Positions 1-8,866 of a stretch of 44,189 nt of DNA are shown piece after piece (position 1 is the stretch's first letter; the number at the start of each line of letters is the position of its first letter). This stretch comes from an uncultured Neisseria sp. GTDB taxonomy: Bacteria > Pseudomonadota > Gammaproteobacteria > Burkholderiales > Neisseriaceae. The position numbers and the translations under genes are program-made. The stretch lies in NCBI GenBank assembly GCA_915066515.1, contig CAJZEA010000001.1, positions 1 through 44,189 on the forward strand, read 5' to 3'. The notes under the pieces were generated by a model, which saw only the letters and a program-made list of their open reading frames with translations, did no database searches and had not been told where the DNA came from.

Positions 1-61
1 AATAGGCTTCGGACGGGACTTCGACATTGCCCATGGTGTCGTGTTCGGTACGGGTGCTCAT
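1..61 (-). CDS. fumC: Class II fumarate hydratase, 5' end only (runs off window)
   Basis: Manual translation from ATG at 61: MSTRTEHDTMGNVEVPSEAY, the typical FumC N-terminus. Confidence 0.9.
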   Translation of the reverse strand, partial: MSTRTEHDTMGNVEVPSEAY

Positions 62-232
62 GTGTTTCTCCTGAATTAAATGATAATGCAAATAATTTGC
101 AAGCGTATTATAGCGGGCAGGAGGTCGTCTGAAAAGCGGGAGACGGAGGTTTGAAGTAGGCAGTTTCGGACGGCGTTTTGAAAGCTGAAAAGAAGATTGA
201 GACAGACGAAGGAATTGTGTTTAACCTGTTTG

Positions 233-315
233 TGTAAGCCGCCGCCGACTTTTGCACTTTGTTGCAGTAACTTTTGCACTCTAGACTACGCGAAAGTTTC
301 GACAGCTTTTGCACT
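233..315. repeat. Prophage end (mom-side) with three putative transposase-binding repeats
   Basis: CTTTTGCACT at 249-258, 271-280 and 306-315; inverted counterpart GTGCAAAAA at 39679-39687. Confidence 0.75.
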
Positions 316-337
316 ATATCGGATGATGAGAAATAAG

Positions 338-362
338 AAAAGCGACGATACCGTCGCTTTTT
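338..362. terminator. Intrinsic (probably bidirectional) terminator after the methylase gene
   Basis: AAAAGCGACG-ATAC-CGTCGCTTTTT hairpin with A/T tails. Confidence 0.7.
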
Positions 363-365
363 ATT

Positions 366-1144
366 TTACCAATTACATATGACCAGCTCGCCGCTTGTTT
401 TACCGGTTTTGTCTCTGCCAACCGTATAGGCAAGCTCAAGTTGTGTGATGCGGAAGTCTTTGAACAACTCCCTTATATCAGGATGGTCATTGATAGATAG
501 CATGAATTTACCCTTGCTCTCCGCCATTGCTTTGGCCAGCAGCTCATACTGTGACCAATCGAATGCGTGGTCGTACCCTGCGGTTTGCCAGTACGGCGGG
601 TCTGCGTAGAAGAAGGTATGCTCGCGGTCATATCGCTTGAAACAACGCTCCCACGGTTCATTTTCCACATAAACACCTTTTAAACGGTCTTTAGCAGCCT
701 TTAATTTAACCTCAATCTGAGATGCATCCCATGCTTTTGACGTAGTAGCTGTCCCGAAATGCTGATGGACGGTTTTGCCGCCGAAGGCGTTGTGCTGAAG
801 GTAGAAGAAGCGAGCGGCACGTTGAATATCTGTCATGCATTCAGGCGGCGTGTTTTGCAGGTAGGAGAATGTCTCGCGGCTAGTCAGCGTCCACTCGAAC
901 TGACGAACGAACTCGTCGAAATGGTGTTGTACCACACGATAGAGATTGATGAGCTGTCCGTTGATGTCGTTGAGCACCTCAACTTTTGCAGGAATCGGGC
1001 GCATAAAGAACAATGCTGCGCCCCGGAAAACAACTCAACATAACAAGAATGCTCGGGGAACATGGGCAAAAGATGTTTTGCCAAACGACGTTTGCCACCC
1101 ATCCAAGGGATAATAGGTAATGTCTGTTGCATTTTTTGCATCAT
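366..1144 (-). pseudogene. Dam-like (D12-class) DNA adenine methyltransferase in the mom position, split by a 1-nt deletion near 1021-1024
   Basis: IPWMGGKRRLA...YVELFSG in one frame; LFF...NDINGQL...YADPPY...GELVICNW in another. Adding one base to TCCGGGGCGCA restores FSGGAALFF. Confidence 0.85.
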
Positions 1145-1225
1145 ATATACTCCTAAATTATGGCATTCGCGATGCTCTAAATCAGATTTAATATGACGCT
1201 CAAAGGCATTCTTTTGATTTATTAA

Positions 1226-1345
1226 TTAGCTGAAAGAATTGATATTTTTACAACGAGCGCACTTTATTTGTACACAACCACTGCCTTTTGCCAGCAATTT
1301 CCCACAAAACTTACAGCGTAATTCACGATAGATTTGCATTTGCAT
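1226..1345 (-). CDS. com: Com-family zinc-ribbon translational activator (39 aa, or 37 aa from ATG 1339); absent from the ORF track
   Basis: MQMQIYRELRCKFCGKLLAKGSGCVQIKCARCKNINSFS with CxxC...CxxC, AGGAG RBS, directly upstream of the MTase as in Mu com-mom. Confidence 0.85.
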   Translation of the reverse strand: MQMQIYRELRCKFCGKLLAKGSGCVQIKCARCKNINSFS

Positions 1346-1527
1346 CCACTCCTGTATCAGATAGAATGCCTCGGTCTCTAGAGACTAAGGCGGCCTTAGA
1401 AGTCAATGCAGGCATGCTCTGCTTGGCTGGCGTAACAGTGTTGCCGCACTGTTACGTCGCCGTCCCACTTATATTTAAAATCCTCCCCAAGGCCGCCTTA
1501 TTCAGACGGCCTTTTATTTATATTTGC

Positions 1528-2784
1528 CTACAAATAGCGCAACTCTTTGGCTTTTGCGATGATACGTTCGGCGACTTTAGCCTCAACCGCCGGAAGCAGA
1601 TGAGCACCGCCGTCCTGCGAGAGGGACAACGGCATTACGCCATCTGTTTGTGCTTTTTTATCCGCCTCGTTCGGCGTGAGGCCGCTATCTGTCCAAATCT
1701 GATCAGATAAAATATATTGCTCAATATCAAAGACATTATTGCCATATTTAGACTTGAGCCAATTATTAAATTGATCCTTGAGCTGATGTCGGTATGGGTG
1801 GTTTTCTTTGGCCCAACCCGGCTTATTATCAGCCCATACAGTCAGGACAATATAACGCGGTGATTCTTTCGGCTGGACTTGGTTAATGCACTTCTCTACA
1901 TACATTTTCACACGCTCCAAAACCGTCTGCCAGTTACCGATATTTGCGCCGTTAATATCATTCTTGGCCGTTGCCAACACACAAATACCATCGACACCAC
2001 CGCTGTTTTTCAGTCGTACAGGATATTTTTTACCCGGAACAACGCTATGAGCCTGACTATCGCGCGGAATAACTTTAATATTGGCGGTTTGACCGGTCAT
2101 GACCGCTTCGATGTCATCGCCAATAATAACGACGGTAGAGTGCATACTGAAAGGCGTAACGCCTTCGCCGTAAACCAACTCGCCATCAACCATCACGCCA
2201 TTCGCTTTTGCCGGAATAGTATCAACTTTAAAAGTAACTTCCACCGGACTGCCGTCCATCGACATCAAGGCATATGCAGCCAAGCTGCCGCCCTGCGCGT
2301 TGTTTACAACCGGCAGATTTTCAGCGGCGGCAACACTCACAGCCTGACCGCCGATACGCGCATTGGTGGAGTCGCCGAAGAAATTGAGGCTACGTTTCAA
2401 TGCAGAAGGAGGGGAAGGAGGAGCTACCGGGCGCTCCGCTTCTTTAGGCGGAACCGCGGGGCCGGACGGCATAACGGTATGACGCTCATGCTCGACCGGT
2501 GCGCCAAAATATTGAATGCCGAATCGGTCGCCTTGTCGCAAGGTATCAGAAATATTTTCAGGTTTAGCGCAATAACGCAGGTCAATAATACAGTTGTGCG
2601 GCTGAACAAGAGCGTAGCCGTCCTGCTCATCGGTTAACGCGACTAATTTATTGTCACGCAAAGAGAAATTGACCCAATCACCGGCACGCGTACCATCCGG
2701 CACTTTTACCTTCACACGCGTCAAGGTAGTGGCTTCAAATTTTAAAATGTCGCCAATACCGACACCCAACACTTCAGTTCGCAT
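1528..2784 (-). CDS. Capsid decoration-like domain + Pro-rich linker + SGNH/GDSL hydrolase-like domain
   Basis: First ~95 aa align by eye with ORF 18570..18932; C-terminal part has FFGDS, G, KND and DGGAH blocks. Confidence 0.75.
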   Translation of the reverse strand: MRTEVLGVGIGDILKFEATTLTRVKVKVPDGTRAGDWVNFSLRDNKLVALTDEQDGYALVQPHNCIIDLRYCAKPENISDTLRQGDRFGIQYFGAPVEHERHTVMPSGPAVPPKEAERPVAPPSPPSALKRSLNFFGDSTNARIGGQAVSVAAAENLPVVNNAQGGSLAAYALMSMDGSPVEVTFKVDTIPAKANGVMVDGELVYGEGVTPFSMHSTVVIIGDDIEAVMTGQTANIKVIPRDSQAHSVVPGKKYPVRLKNSGGVDGICVLATAKNDINGANIGNWQTVLERVKMYVEKCINQVQPKESPRYIVLTVWADNKPGWAKENHPYRHQLKDQFNNWLKSKYGNNVFDIEQYILSDQIWTDSGLTPNEADKKAQTDGVMPLSLSQDGGAHLLPAVEAKVAERIIAKAKELRYL

Positions 2785-2860
2785 AAAACCTCCTCAAAAT
2801 AATTAATAATTATTTTAAGACGTTATACAAACGCAATGCCTGGCTACACTGCACTTAGCC

Positions 2861-3091
2861 TTATACGCCAAGCTCTAAAACAGTAGTATCGGGAGCCTGC
2901 CCAAGGATACGATTGCTCAAGACATCATAAAACACGCGCTGATTTAAAGCAGCTTGTCCGCTTAAAACAAGATTGCCGCCGCTTTGCGTTTGCGCTGCCC
3001 ATGAGCCGCCGCCCAAATCGCCCGTTATTTTGGCGATGCCGCGCTGTTCGCGGTTGAGCAGTGCTGTCAGGTTTTGATACAGATTAGTCAT
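2861..3091 (-). CDS. Small tail-tip-associated hypothetical protein
   Basis: 76-aa ORF with GAGGA RBS at the end of the tail module. Confidence 0.7.
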   Translation of the reverse strand: MTNLYQNLTALLNREQRGIAKITGDLGGGSWAAQTQSGGNLVLSGQAALNQRVFYDVLSNRILGQAPDTTVLELGV

Positions 3092-3174
3092 TTTGTTATC
3101 CTCAACAAAAAGATAAAAGGCCGTCTGAACATGGCTTTCAGACGGCCTTTAAAGCATCTTTAAACCAGCTTTAA

Positions 3175-5040
3175 TCACTCGTCAAAATAGCGGTCTATCG
3201 TTACATTTTGAGTCACGACAGGCGCATCGTTTTCGATTTTAACCTCGACCGACACACCAACCACCACGCCTTGCCAACTCCCCGAAGGCTCATTGATTTG
3301 CCAAATCTCGCCTAAATTCGCCATAGGAATGGCGTACTTATCCGATACCGGTAAAGACACCGTTTCGCGCTTATGAACGCCAGTCTCGCTTAAAGCGGCG
3401 ATACCGGCGGCAAGCAAGACCGGCTGGTCGGTATAAAGCGTATTGGTCAGCGCGGAGGCACGCGGCTCGCGGTTGCTGCCGTTGCGGTACACATCCGCGC
3501 CTTTGCCCTTGTTATGGCTCGGCCAAACATAAACCCCGTTGGCACGCTCCGATACATTGCGCTGGCCGCTGATGCTGAAAATCACGCTGACAGGGACACT
3601 GACATCTGCAGGCGCATCGGAAACCTCCCAAGAAGCCTTTTTCCATTTAGGCTTAAAGCGGACAACAGGTCGGGCGCGGTCGCTCTCCACAAATCCCCCG
3701 GCGGCTTGAGCCAGCTCTTGCAAAACAGCAATCGGCGTTTTATCGGTCAACGAATACACATCTCCCGGAATCAACCAATCAACCATCGTCCAGCCGTCCA
3801 AATCCACACCTGTCGGGCGTAAAACCTCCGTTGCGATTTGTTGCGCATAAATCGGATTGCGGTATGTACCGCGGCCTTTAGGCGCATAGTCCGCGCCCAA
3901 ACGGGCGGTAACACTGCGGCCGGTTACCGTATAGCTCTTTTGCCCAAAGCGGCGGTTGTCGCTGTAATCTTCGGCAATAATGACAAAAGTATCCGCATTG
4001 ATTTGCACCTCGATTTCAGCCTCCCCGCCTTTCGGTCGGGCATCAGGATTAATCTTGGCAAAATCATCGGGCGAAACAGTCAAACTGCCTTGCCAGCAAT
4101 AACCGGCAGTATCAGTCGTAAAGGAAGCAGAAAACAGCCCGATCGGCTGGCCGTCAACCGTAGCCTTAATAATATTTTGCATGATATATCCGTCTAAAAC
4201 AGGAGTGCTTACCGTATCAAAACAGGCAAACGGCAGTGGAATATGGCGCACATCGTGTGCAATCTTTTTGCGGTAAAAGCGCAGGTGCAGACGGTTTGAA
4301 GGCGGGCGGATACCGCAAACATAAGTTTCAGGAACCGGCTCCGGCTCAACCGGAATCTCATAATACTCGCAAGGCACAGCCAAAGCAGGCAGGCTTTGCG
4401 AATGCGCACATCGTGCCAATACCGCCGCCTCGCGCACCTCCGACACCAAACAATCGCCAACCGGCGCATCATCGGAAAACACACTCTCCGAACACGCCGC
4501 CAAAGCCTCGCCAAGACCTGCCGATGATCGGTCCGCATTACAGCCGCTTAGGAACAAATCATCAGGGAAAGCATCATGCAGACAGCCGTCCAGACCATCC
4601 ATTCCGACCTGCACCGCCTGCATACAACCGGCAACCCCGTCAGACAAGCCGACCGTTTCATGCAGGCAGCTTTCCAACTCAGGCATATCCGAAAAGGCCG
4701 TCTGAAAACAAACCGTCTCCCCGACAGCCTCCGCCGTTATCCCCGACACTTGGGCAGCCATGTCGCCCAAATCATAACGACCGGCCGCGCACACCGCCTG
4801 CGTTGACACCGCCTGCTGCACAAAGCCCCACGCCCCCGAAACAATCGCATAACCATCCGGAGGGCGGTACGGATTAGGCTTAGGCGGCACATCGGGAACA
4901 ATCTCGCCGCCATCCTCAATATGGCGTAAAGGCCGTCTGAACGCCAACGGCAAGAGCCTGGACGACGGACGGGAGCCAATCGCCAAGCCGAAAGGCAAAG
5001 GGATACGCGCCGAATCATCATAAATTTTATCTTCGGACAT
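3175..5040 (-). CDS. Tail tip/hub-like structural protein (likely start MSEDK at 5040)
   Basis: Long ORF in the tail module; position-based assignment. Confidence 0.65.
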   Translation of the reverse strand: MSEDKIYDDSARIPLPFGLAIGSRPSSRLLPLAFRRPLRHIEDGGEIVPDVPPKPNPYRPPDGYAIVSGAWGFVQQAVSTQAVCAAGRYDLGDMAAQVSGITAEAVGETVCFQTAFSDMPELESCLHETVGLSDGVAGCMQAVQVGMDGLDGCLHDAFPDDLFLSGCNADRSSAGLGEALAACSESVFSDDAPVGDCLVSEVREAAVLARCAHSQSLPALAVPCEYYEIPVEPEPVPETYVCGIRPPSNRLHLRFYRKKIAHDVRHIPLPFACFDTVSTPVLDGYIMQNIIKATVDGQPIGLFSASFTTDTAGYCWQGSLTVSPDDFAKINPDARPKGGEAEIEVQINADTFVIIAEDYSDNRRFGQKSYTVTGRSVTARLGADYAPKGRGTYRNPIYAQQIATEVLRPTGVDLDGWTMVDWLIPGDVYSLTDKTPIAVLQELAQAAGGFVESDRARPVVRFKPKWKKASWEVSDAPADVSVPVSVIFSISGQRNVSERANGVYVWPSHNKGKGADVYRNGSNREPRASALTNTLYTDQPVLLAAGIAALSETGVHKRETVSLPVSDKYAIPMANLGEIWQINEPSGSWQGVVVGVSVEVKIENDAPVVTQNVTIDRYFDE

Positions 5041-5051
5041 TTCAGACGGCC

Positions 5052-5429
5052 TCAACCGCCGCCGTCACGCTCGACATAAGGCTTAATAAAATCATAAGAA
5101 ACAGGCTCGTATTGCTTTTTATAATCCGTCGCCACCATCAAATACTCCTCGTCTTCCTTGAGCCGGTCAAAGCGGTAGCTGCCGTCTTCTTTGCTCCAAC
5201 AATCCGCAATACATTCCATTGTAGGGCGTGCAAACAGATAAATACGGCGCGAAGCCGGCTGACCGCCCACCGTAACAATGCCCGTACCTTCGCCGGCGAT
5301 ATAGCCGTGGCCGCCGTATTTCCAGTGCGGCGATTTGACAGTACGGCTTCGCCCAATCCGATTGACGATTTTGCTATGCAACTTGCCGCGCTTAACGGCA
5401 AGACGGCTGCGGAAAACATAATTCGGCAT
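5052..5429 (-). CDS. Tail-associated protein, small beta-sandwich-like C-terminus
   Basis: 125-aa ORF coupled to its neighbours; S.EDGSYRF motif. Confidence 0.65.
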   Translation of the reverse strand: MPNYVFRSRLAVKRGKLHSKIVNRIGRSRTVKSPHWKYGGHGYIAGEGTGIVTVGGQPASRRIYLFARPTMECIADCWSKEDGSYRFDRLKEDEEYLMVATDYKKQYEPVSYDFIKPYVERDGGG

Positions 5430-5432
5430 GGC

Positions 5433-6371
5433 TTACAGCTCCCAGGCTGTGAGGTTGATCAGCAGGCCGGAATGATTATCAAAAACTTTGACATACATCC
5501 ATTCATCGCCGGAATTGTCTAAATTATCGTAAACAGTACCTTGCGGGATAACTGCGTTACTCGGCATCGCTTCGTTGGTACGCATCAAACCCGGAACCAA
5601 GCCGCGAATCGCATATTTACCGTCATTAAGCTCTTCAAAAAGATACAGGTCGGAAGCCGTAAAGCCGCCACTGATGGGGCTTGGGTAACTAGTAGAGGAT
5701 CTAGCCGTATTCGAACCGCAATAAAAACCATTTGGCGCATCCCCTTTGTAATCGCGCATAGCCGAGCTATAAAATCCGTTGTAGGAACCTAAAGTGAAAT
5801 ATCCTTCTGATCCGTACGCCCCCAACCCCAATAGGTTTTGATGCTCATCCGCCACCGCCAGGCTTGGAAACTCTCCAAAATAAAGTACAGGGCTGGCGCC
5901 CAAACCTCCCGGACTCAACAAAACGAGGGCGAAGGCGCGCGCATGACCTATTAAAACCCATTTCAGTTGGACGTTATTTACGCTATAATCGTGATGAGCA
6001 AACCGAACCCTACTATTACTACGCCAAATCGATTGAACCGCCTTGCCTGCCGTAGCCGATGTTGGCTCTAAAATACCACAGACATCGGTATGACGATTAT
6101 AGGTGCTGCCGCCTGCCAAATACTTCGTGTCATTCACCCCCAGCCACCACTTTGTCGCCTTCGGGTGCGTACTGCGGAAACAGGCTTCCTGCGTCTTTTC
6201 AAACGCCATTTCCCAGCCCAGCCCGTCCTTACGTTTATTACCTTCGCCGTAACCGGTAACCAAGCAGGCTTTTAAAATCGTTTTAATGCTGCCTGCCGCC
6301 GATTCAACCTGCGGCGCACCCTCGTCATCCCAGCGGTAAACCTTTACCGGCACACGTTGCGTATCAAACAT
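5433..6371 (-). CDS. Putative tail fibre/receptor-binding protein
   Basis: 312 aa; N-terminus D.GAPQ...SIKTILKACLVTGYG...GWE typical of tail-tip proteins; AT-richer middle. Confidence 0.6.
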   Translation of the reverse strand: MFDTQRVPVKVYRWDDEGAPQVESAAGSIKTILKACLVTGYGEGNKRKDGLGWEMAFEKTQEACFRSTHPKATKWWLGVNDTKYLAGGSTYNRHTDVCGILEPTSATAGKAVQSIWRSNSRVRFAHHDYSVNNVQLKWVLIGHARAFALVLLSPGGLGASPVLYFGEFPSLAVADEHQNLLGLGAYGSEGYFTLGSYNGFYSSAMRDYKGDAPNGFYCGSNTARSSTSYPSPISGGFTASDLYLFEELNDGKYAIRGLVPGLMRTNEAMPSNAVIPQGTVYDNLDNSGDEWMYVKVFDNHSGLLINLTAWEL

Positions 6372-6404
6372 TTCAGACGGCCTTTCTTTTTACTTCAATG
6401 ATTT

Positions 6405-6455
6405 AAAACCCCATTAAAACAAAAGCCCCGAAAATCGGGGCTTGGCATAGTTGCA
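6405..6455. terminator. Terminator-like module, repeated at 11187..11237
   Basis: AAAAGCCCCGAAAATCGGGGCTT hairpin within a ~51-bp near-identical direct repeat. Confidence 0.7.
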
Positions 6456-6482
6456 CTCACTTGCTTGTTTCTATTTTGTTTT

Positions 6483-7076
6483 TCAGCGGAAATAAGTAAT
6501 TTTCGCCTGATTTCCGCTTGCATCGACGGAGCAGCTAAATCGCGCACGCAACATAGCCCCGAAACTGTTTTGCGAATCGACATATCCGCTTATTTCAAAC
6601 GTCCCATCGGCATTTTCACGTCGTTGCCACCCTCCGAAATCAGCCGAAGAAGGCGATTTTAAAATACCCGTTACCGCGCTTTCGCAGGCTGATTGCGCCT
6701 GATATACGCTCGGTTTAGATGATGTGCCGCCGTTTTTGAATGTAAACCAAAGCATCGGGATAGAAACCAGAATCCCGGTGCCAATCAATTTCAAGAAATC
6801 AGACCCTCCGCTTTTTTTATTTTTCTGTCTGAGCTTTTCTCTTTCTTTCGCTTTTTCGCTTTCTTCTTTGGCAAGATCGGGATTGTCGGCATGGAGGATT
6901 TTATCGTATTCCGCTTTTGCCGCTGGATTCAGCAAATACTCGCGACACCATCTTATATCATCCAATTCAAGTTCCTGTCGCTCCGCAGCACGCAACATAG
7001 CCCGTTTAATCTCTTCTTCCGTTGCAGATGACATAATCCCAAGAAGTTTGTAATAGTTTTCCATTTCATTCTCCAT
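6483..7076 (-). CDS. Moron-like membrane protein: degenerate J-like N-terminus, one TM segment, extracytoplasmic C-terminal domain
   Basis: NYYKLLGI...ATEEEIKRA...LLNP..KAEYD without HPD; TM LIGTGILVSIPMLWF; C.....LKSPSSA.F...VDSQNSFGA...F.C; AT-rich, TAGAAT upstream. Confidence 0.7.
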   Translation of the reverse strand: MENEMENYYKLLGIMSSATEEEIKRAMLRAAERQELELDDIRWCREYLLNPAAKAEYDKILHADNPDLAKEESEKAKEREKLRQKNKKSGGSDFLKLIGTGILVSIPMLWFTFKNGGTSSKPSVYQAQSACESAVTGILKSPSSADFGGWQRRENADGTFEISGYVDSQNSFGAMLRARFSCSVDASGNQAKITYFR

Positions 7077-7172
7077 ATTTATTTTAAATAATGTATTCTA
7101 AAACAAACGGCATAAAAAAGAAACAAACGGTATAAAGGCCGTCTGAAAGTGCTATTCAGACGGCCTTGTCTT

Positions 7173-8858
7173 TTATTCGGCCACTGTATTACCGCGCAAA
7201 CACGCGGTAAAACCATCGCGGCCGTTTTGCTTGTCTGGCGAAGGCTGGACACTGCGCAAAATCCAAACGGGCAACGGCGTGCCGTAGGTGTTGAAGCGGA
7301 TACAGTTCTGGGCCGACCAGCCGCCGCCGAATGCCGCCGCCTTGAGCGTGAAATACGGCTTGCCGGTCGCAGGATTGGTCGGCGCAAGATCGCTCAAGGT
7401 ATCGCTTTTTGCGACCAAGCCCAGCCGCTCGCCGTAAAGCTCAAATTGGGTTGCAGTAACGAATTTAATCAGCCAGCGCTCGGTAATCGCGCCATTACTG
7501 GCCAATTTAATCGGGTAGTCTTTGACATTGGTACGCGCCAAAATAGGCTCCCCGCGTTGCGCATCACTCCACACATTGTCCCATGCCTGTTGCGAAAACG
7601 GCTCGGTAGCGCGCACCAGCAAATCGCCGCCGATCAGGGCGGAGGACACAAATGTATTCTCCTTCGGATAGTTGCGCCCAATCGCAAACTGGAGTTTCAG
7701 ACGGCCTGAAATATCGACGCCGGTCACACGGTTTTCTTCTTCCCACGCACAAACGGCAGTCAGCGGCAGGGTATATTGCGACAAGTCCAACGGCTCGGCA
7801 AAAGTAATGCTGCCCGCTTTCAGGTCTGCCGTGTATTTCTCGGCGAGGACGTGTTTGCCCTTGCTGTCGACCAAGCAGAGTCGGTCGATATTTTGACGGT
7901 TGAGCGTGATTTTTTGAGCGGCGGTAAACGCGCTGCCCAAATCCTGCTTGAGGCGGTTGGAAATCACGATCATATCGCCCTTGCGAAACACAGGGACGCG
8001 GCCGTCGGCAGGCAGGCGCACAGCATCAATGCCGATAATAGACGAATCCAAAGGCAGGTTGTCTTGAGTAACAGCGTTGTAGCGTAAATCTTCGGGGTAA
8101 AAACCCTCATCGCGCTTGATTTCGTAGAATCCTGTCTCGTAGTCGATTTTGCCTGTGATGCCGCCGGTAATTTCGCCTGCTGCGTTGCTTCTGCCGACAA
8201 TTTCGCCATTGCCCGCGTAAACGGTAAAGCTTTCAGGCTTGACCGGCGCGGCAGGTGTGCGGCCTGCATAGCCATAACCCTTGATCTGTGGCTGGCGTAC
8301 GATACCGCCTGTAATTTTAAGATTCAGGAAGGCAATATTACGGTCATTGATAATGACTTTACCGTCAGTAGTCAACGTACCGACTGCATCGCCCGAACCT
8401 TGTACTGCATTCCAATTCTTATAAAGCGTACCGCCTCTTTCAACAATCTCTGTCTCGCCATCATGAAATGACCAGGTATCAAAAACACAGACGCTTCCTT
8501 GGTCAAAGTCGCTCAAAACATTAAATAACAAGCCGCCGTTCAAGCTGCCACGACGTTTTTTTATTGATGCCGGATCACTAGTGAGGTAATCTGCATACCA
8601 ACTGACTATTTTCCCATAACGGTTTATTTCTTTGGTCTCACGAATTTTTAGGTACCTATGACTTGTATCCAAAATATTTTGTTCAACCATCGATCTTTCA
8701 TGACCGATAACCTGTAACACCGCTTTAGGCACGATCATTGTCGACCCTACACCACTCACACCCTCGGCTTTTAGACCGCCGATTGTGAACTCGCCATTTT
8801 TCGCAGGGTTGGCGGACAATACAATTTTAAAACCGCCTGAACCAGTTTTTATTACCAT
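7173..8858 (-). CDS. Tail/baseplate-region structural protein (downstream partner of 8867..10702)
   Basis: 561 aa, AGGA RBS; GIDAVRLPADGRVPVFR motif. Confidence 0.7.
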   Translation of the reverse strand: MVIKTGSGGFKIVLSANPAKNGEFTIGGLKAEGVSGVGSTMIVPKAVLQVIGHERSMVEQNILDTSHRYLKIRETKEINRYGKIVSWYADYLTSDPASIKKRRGSLNGGLLFNVLSDFDQGSVCVFDTWSFHDGETEIVERGGTLYKNWNAVQGSGDAVGTLTTDGKVIINDRNIAFLNLKITGGIVRQPQIKGYGYAGRTPAAPVKPESFTVYAGNGEIVGRSNAAGEITGGITGKIDYETGFYEIKRDEGFYPEDLRYNAVTQDNLPLDSSIIGIDAVRLPADGRVPVFRKGDMIVISNRLKQDLGSAFTAAQKITLNRQNIDRLCLVDSKGKHVLAEKYTADLKAGSITFAEPLDLSQYTLPLTAVCAWEEENRVTGVDISGRLKLQFAIGRNYPKENTFVSSALIGGDLLVRATEPFSQQAWDNVWSDAQRGEPILARTNVKDYPIKLASNGAITERWLIKFVTATQFELYGERLGLVAKSDTLSDLAPTNPATGKPYFTLKAAAFGGGWSAQNCIRFNTYGTPLPVWILRSVQPSPDKQNGRDGFTACLRGNTVAE

Positions 8859-8866
8859 TATTTATC

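Noticed and set aside
249..315. Short spaced repeats as a mini-CRISPR array
   Set aside because: Only 10 bp long, irregularly spaced, and located at the prophage end with an inverted counterpart at the other end; better explained as transposase sites
6483..7076. Functional DnaJ co-chaperone
   Set aside because: The HPD motif is absent
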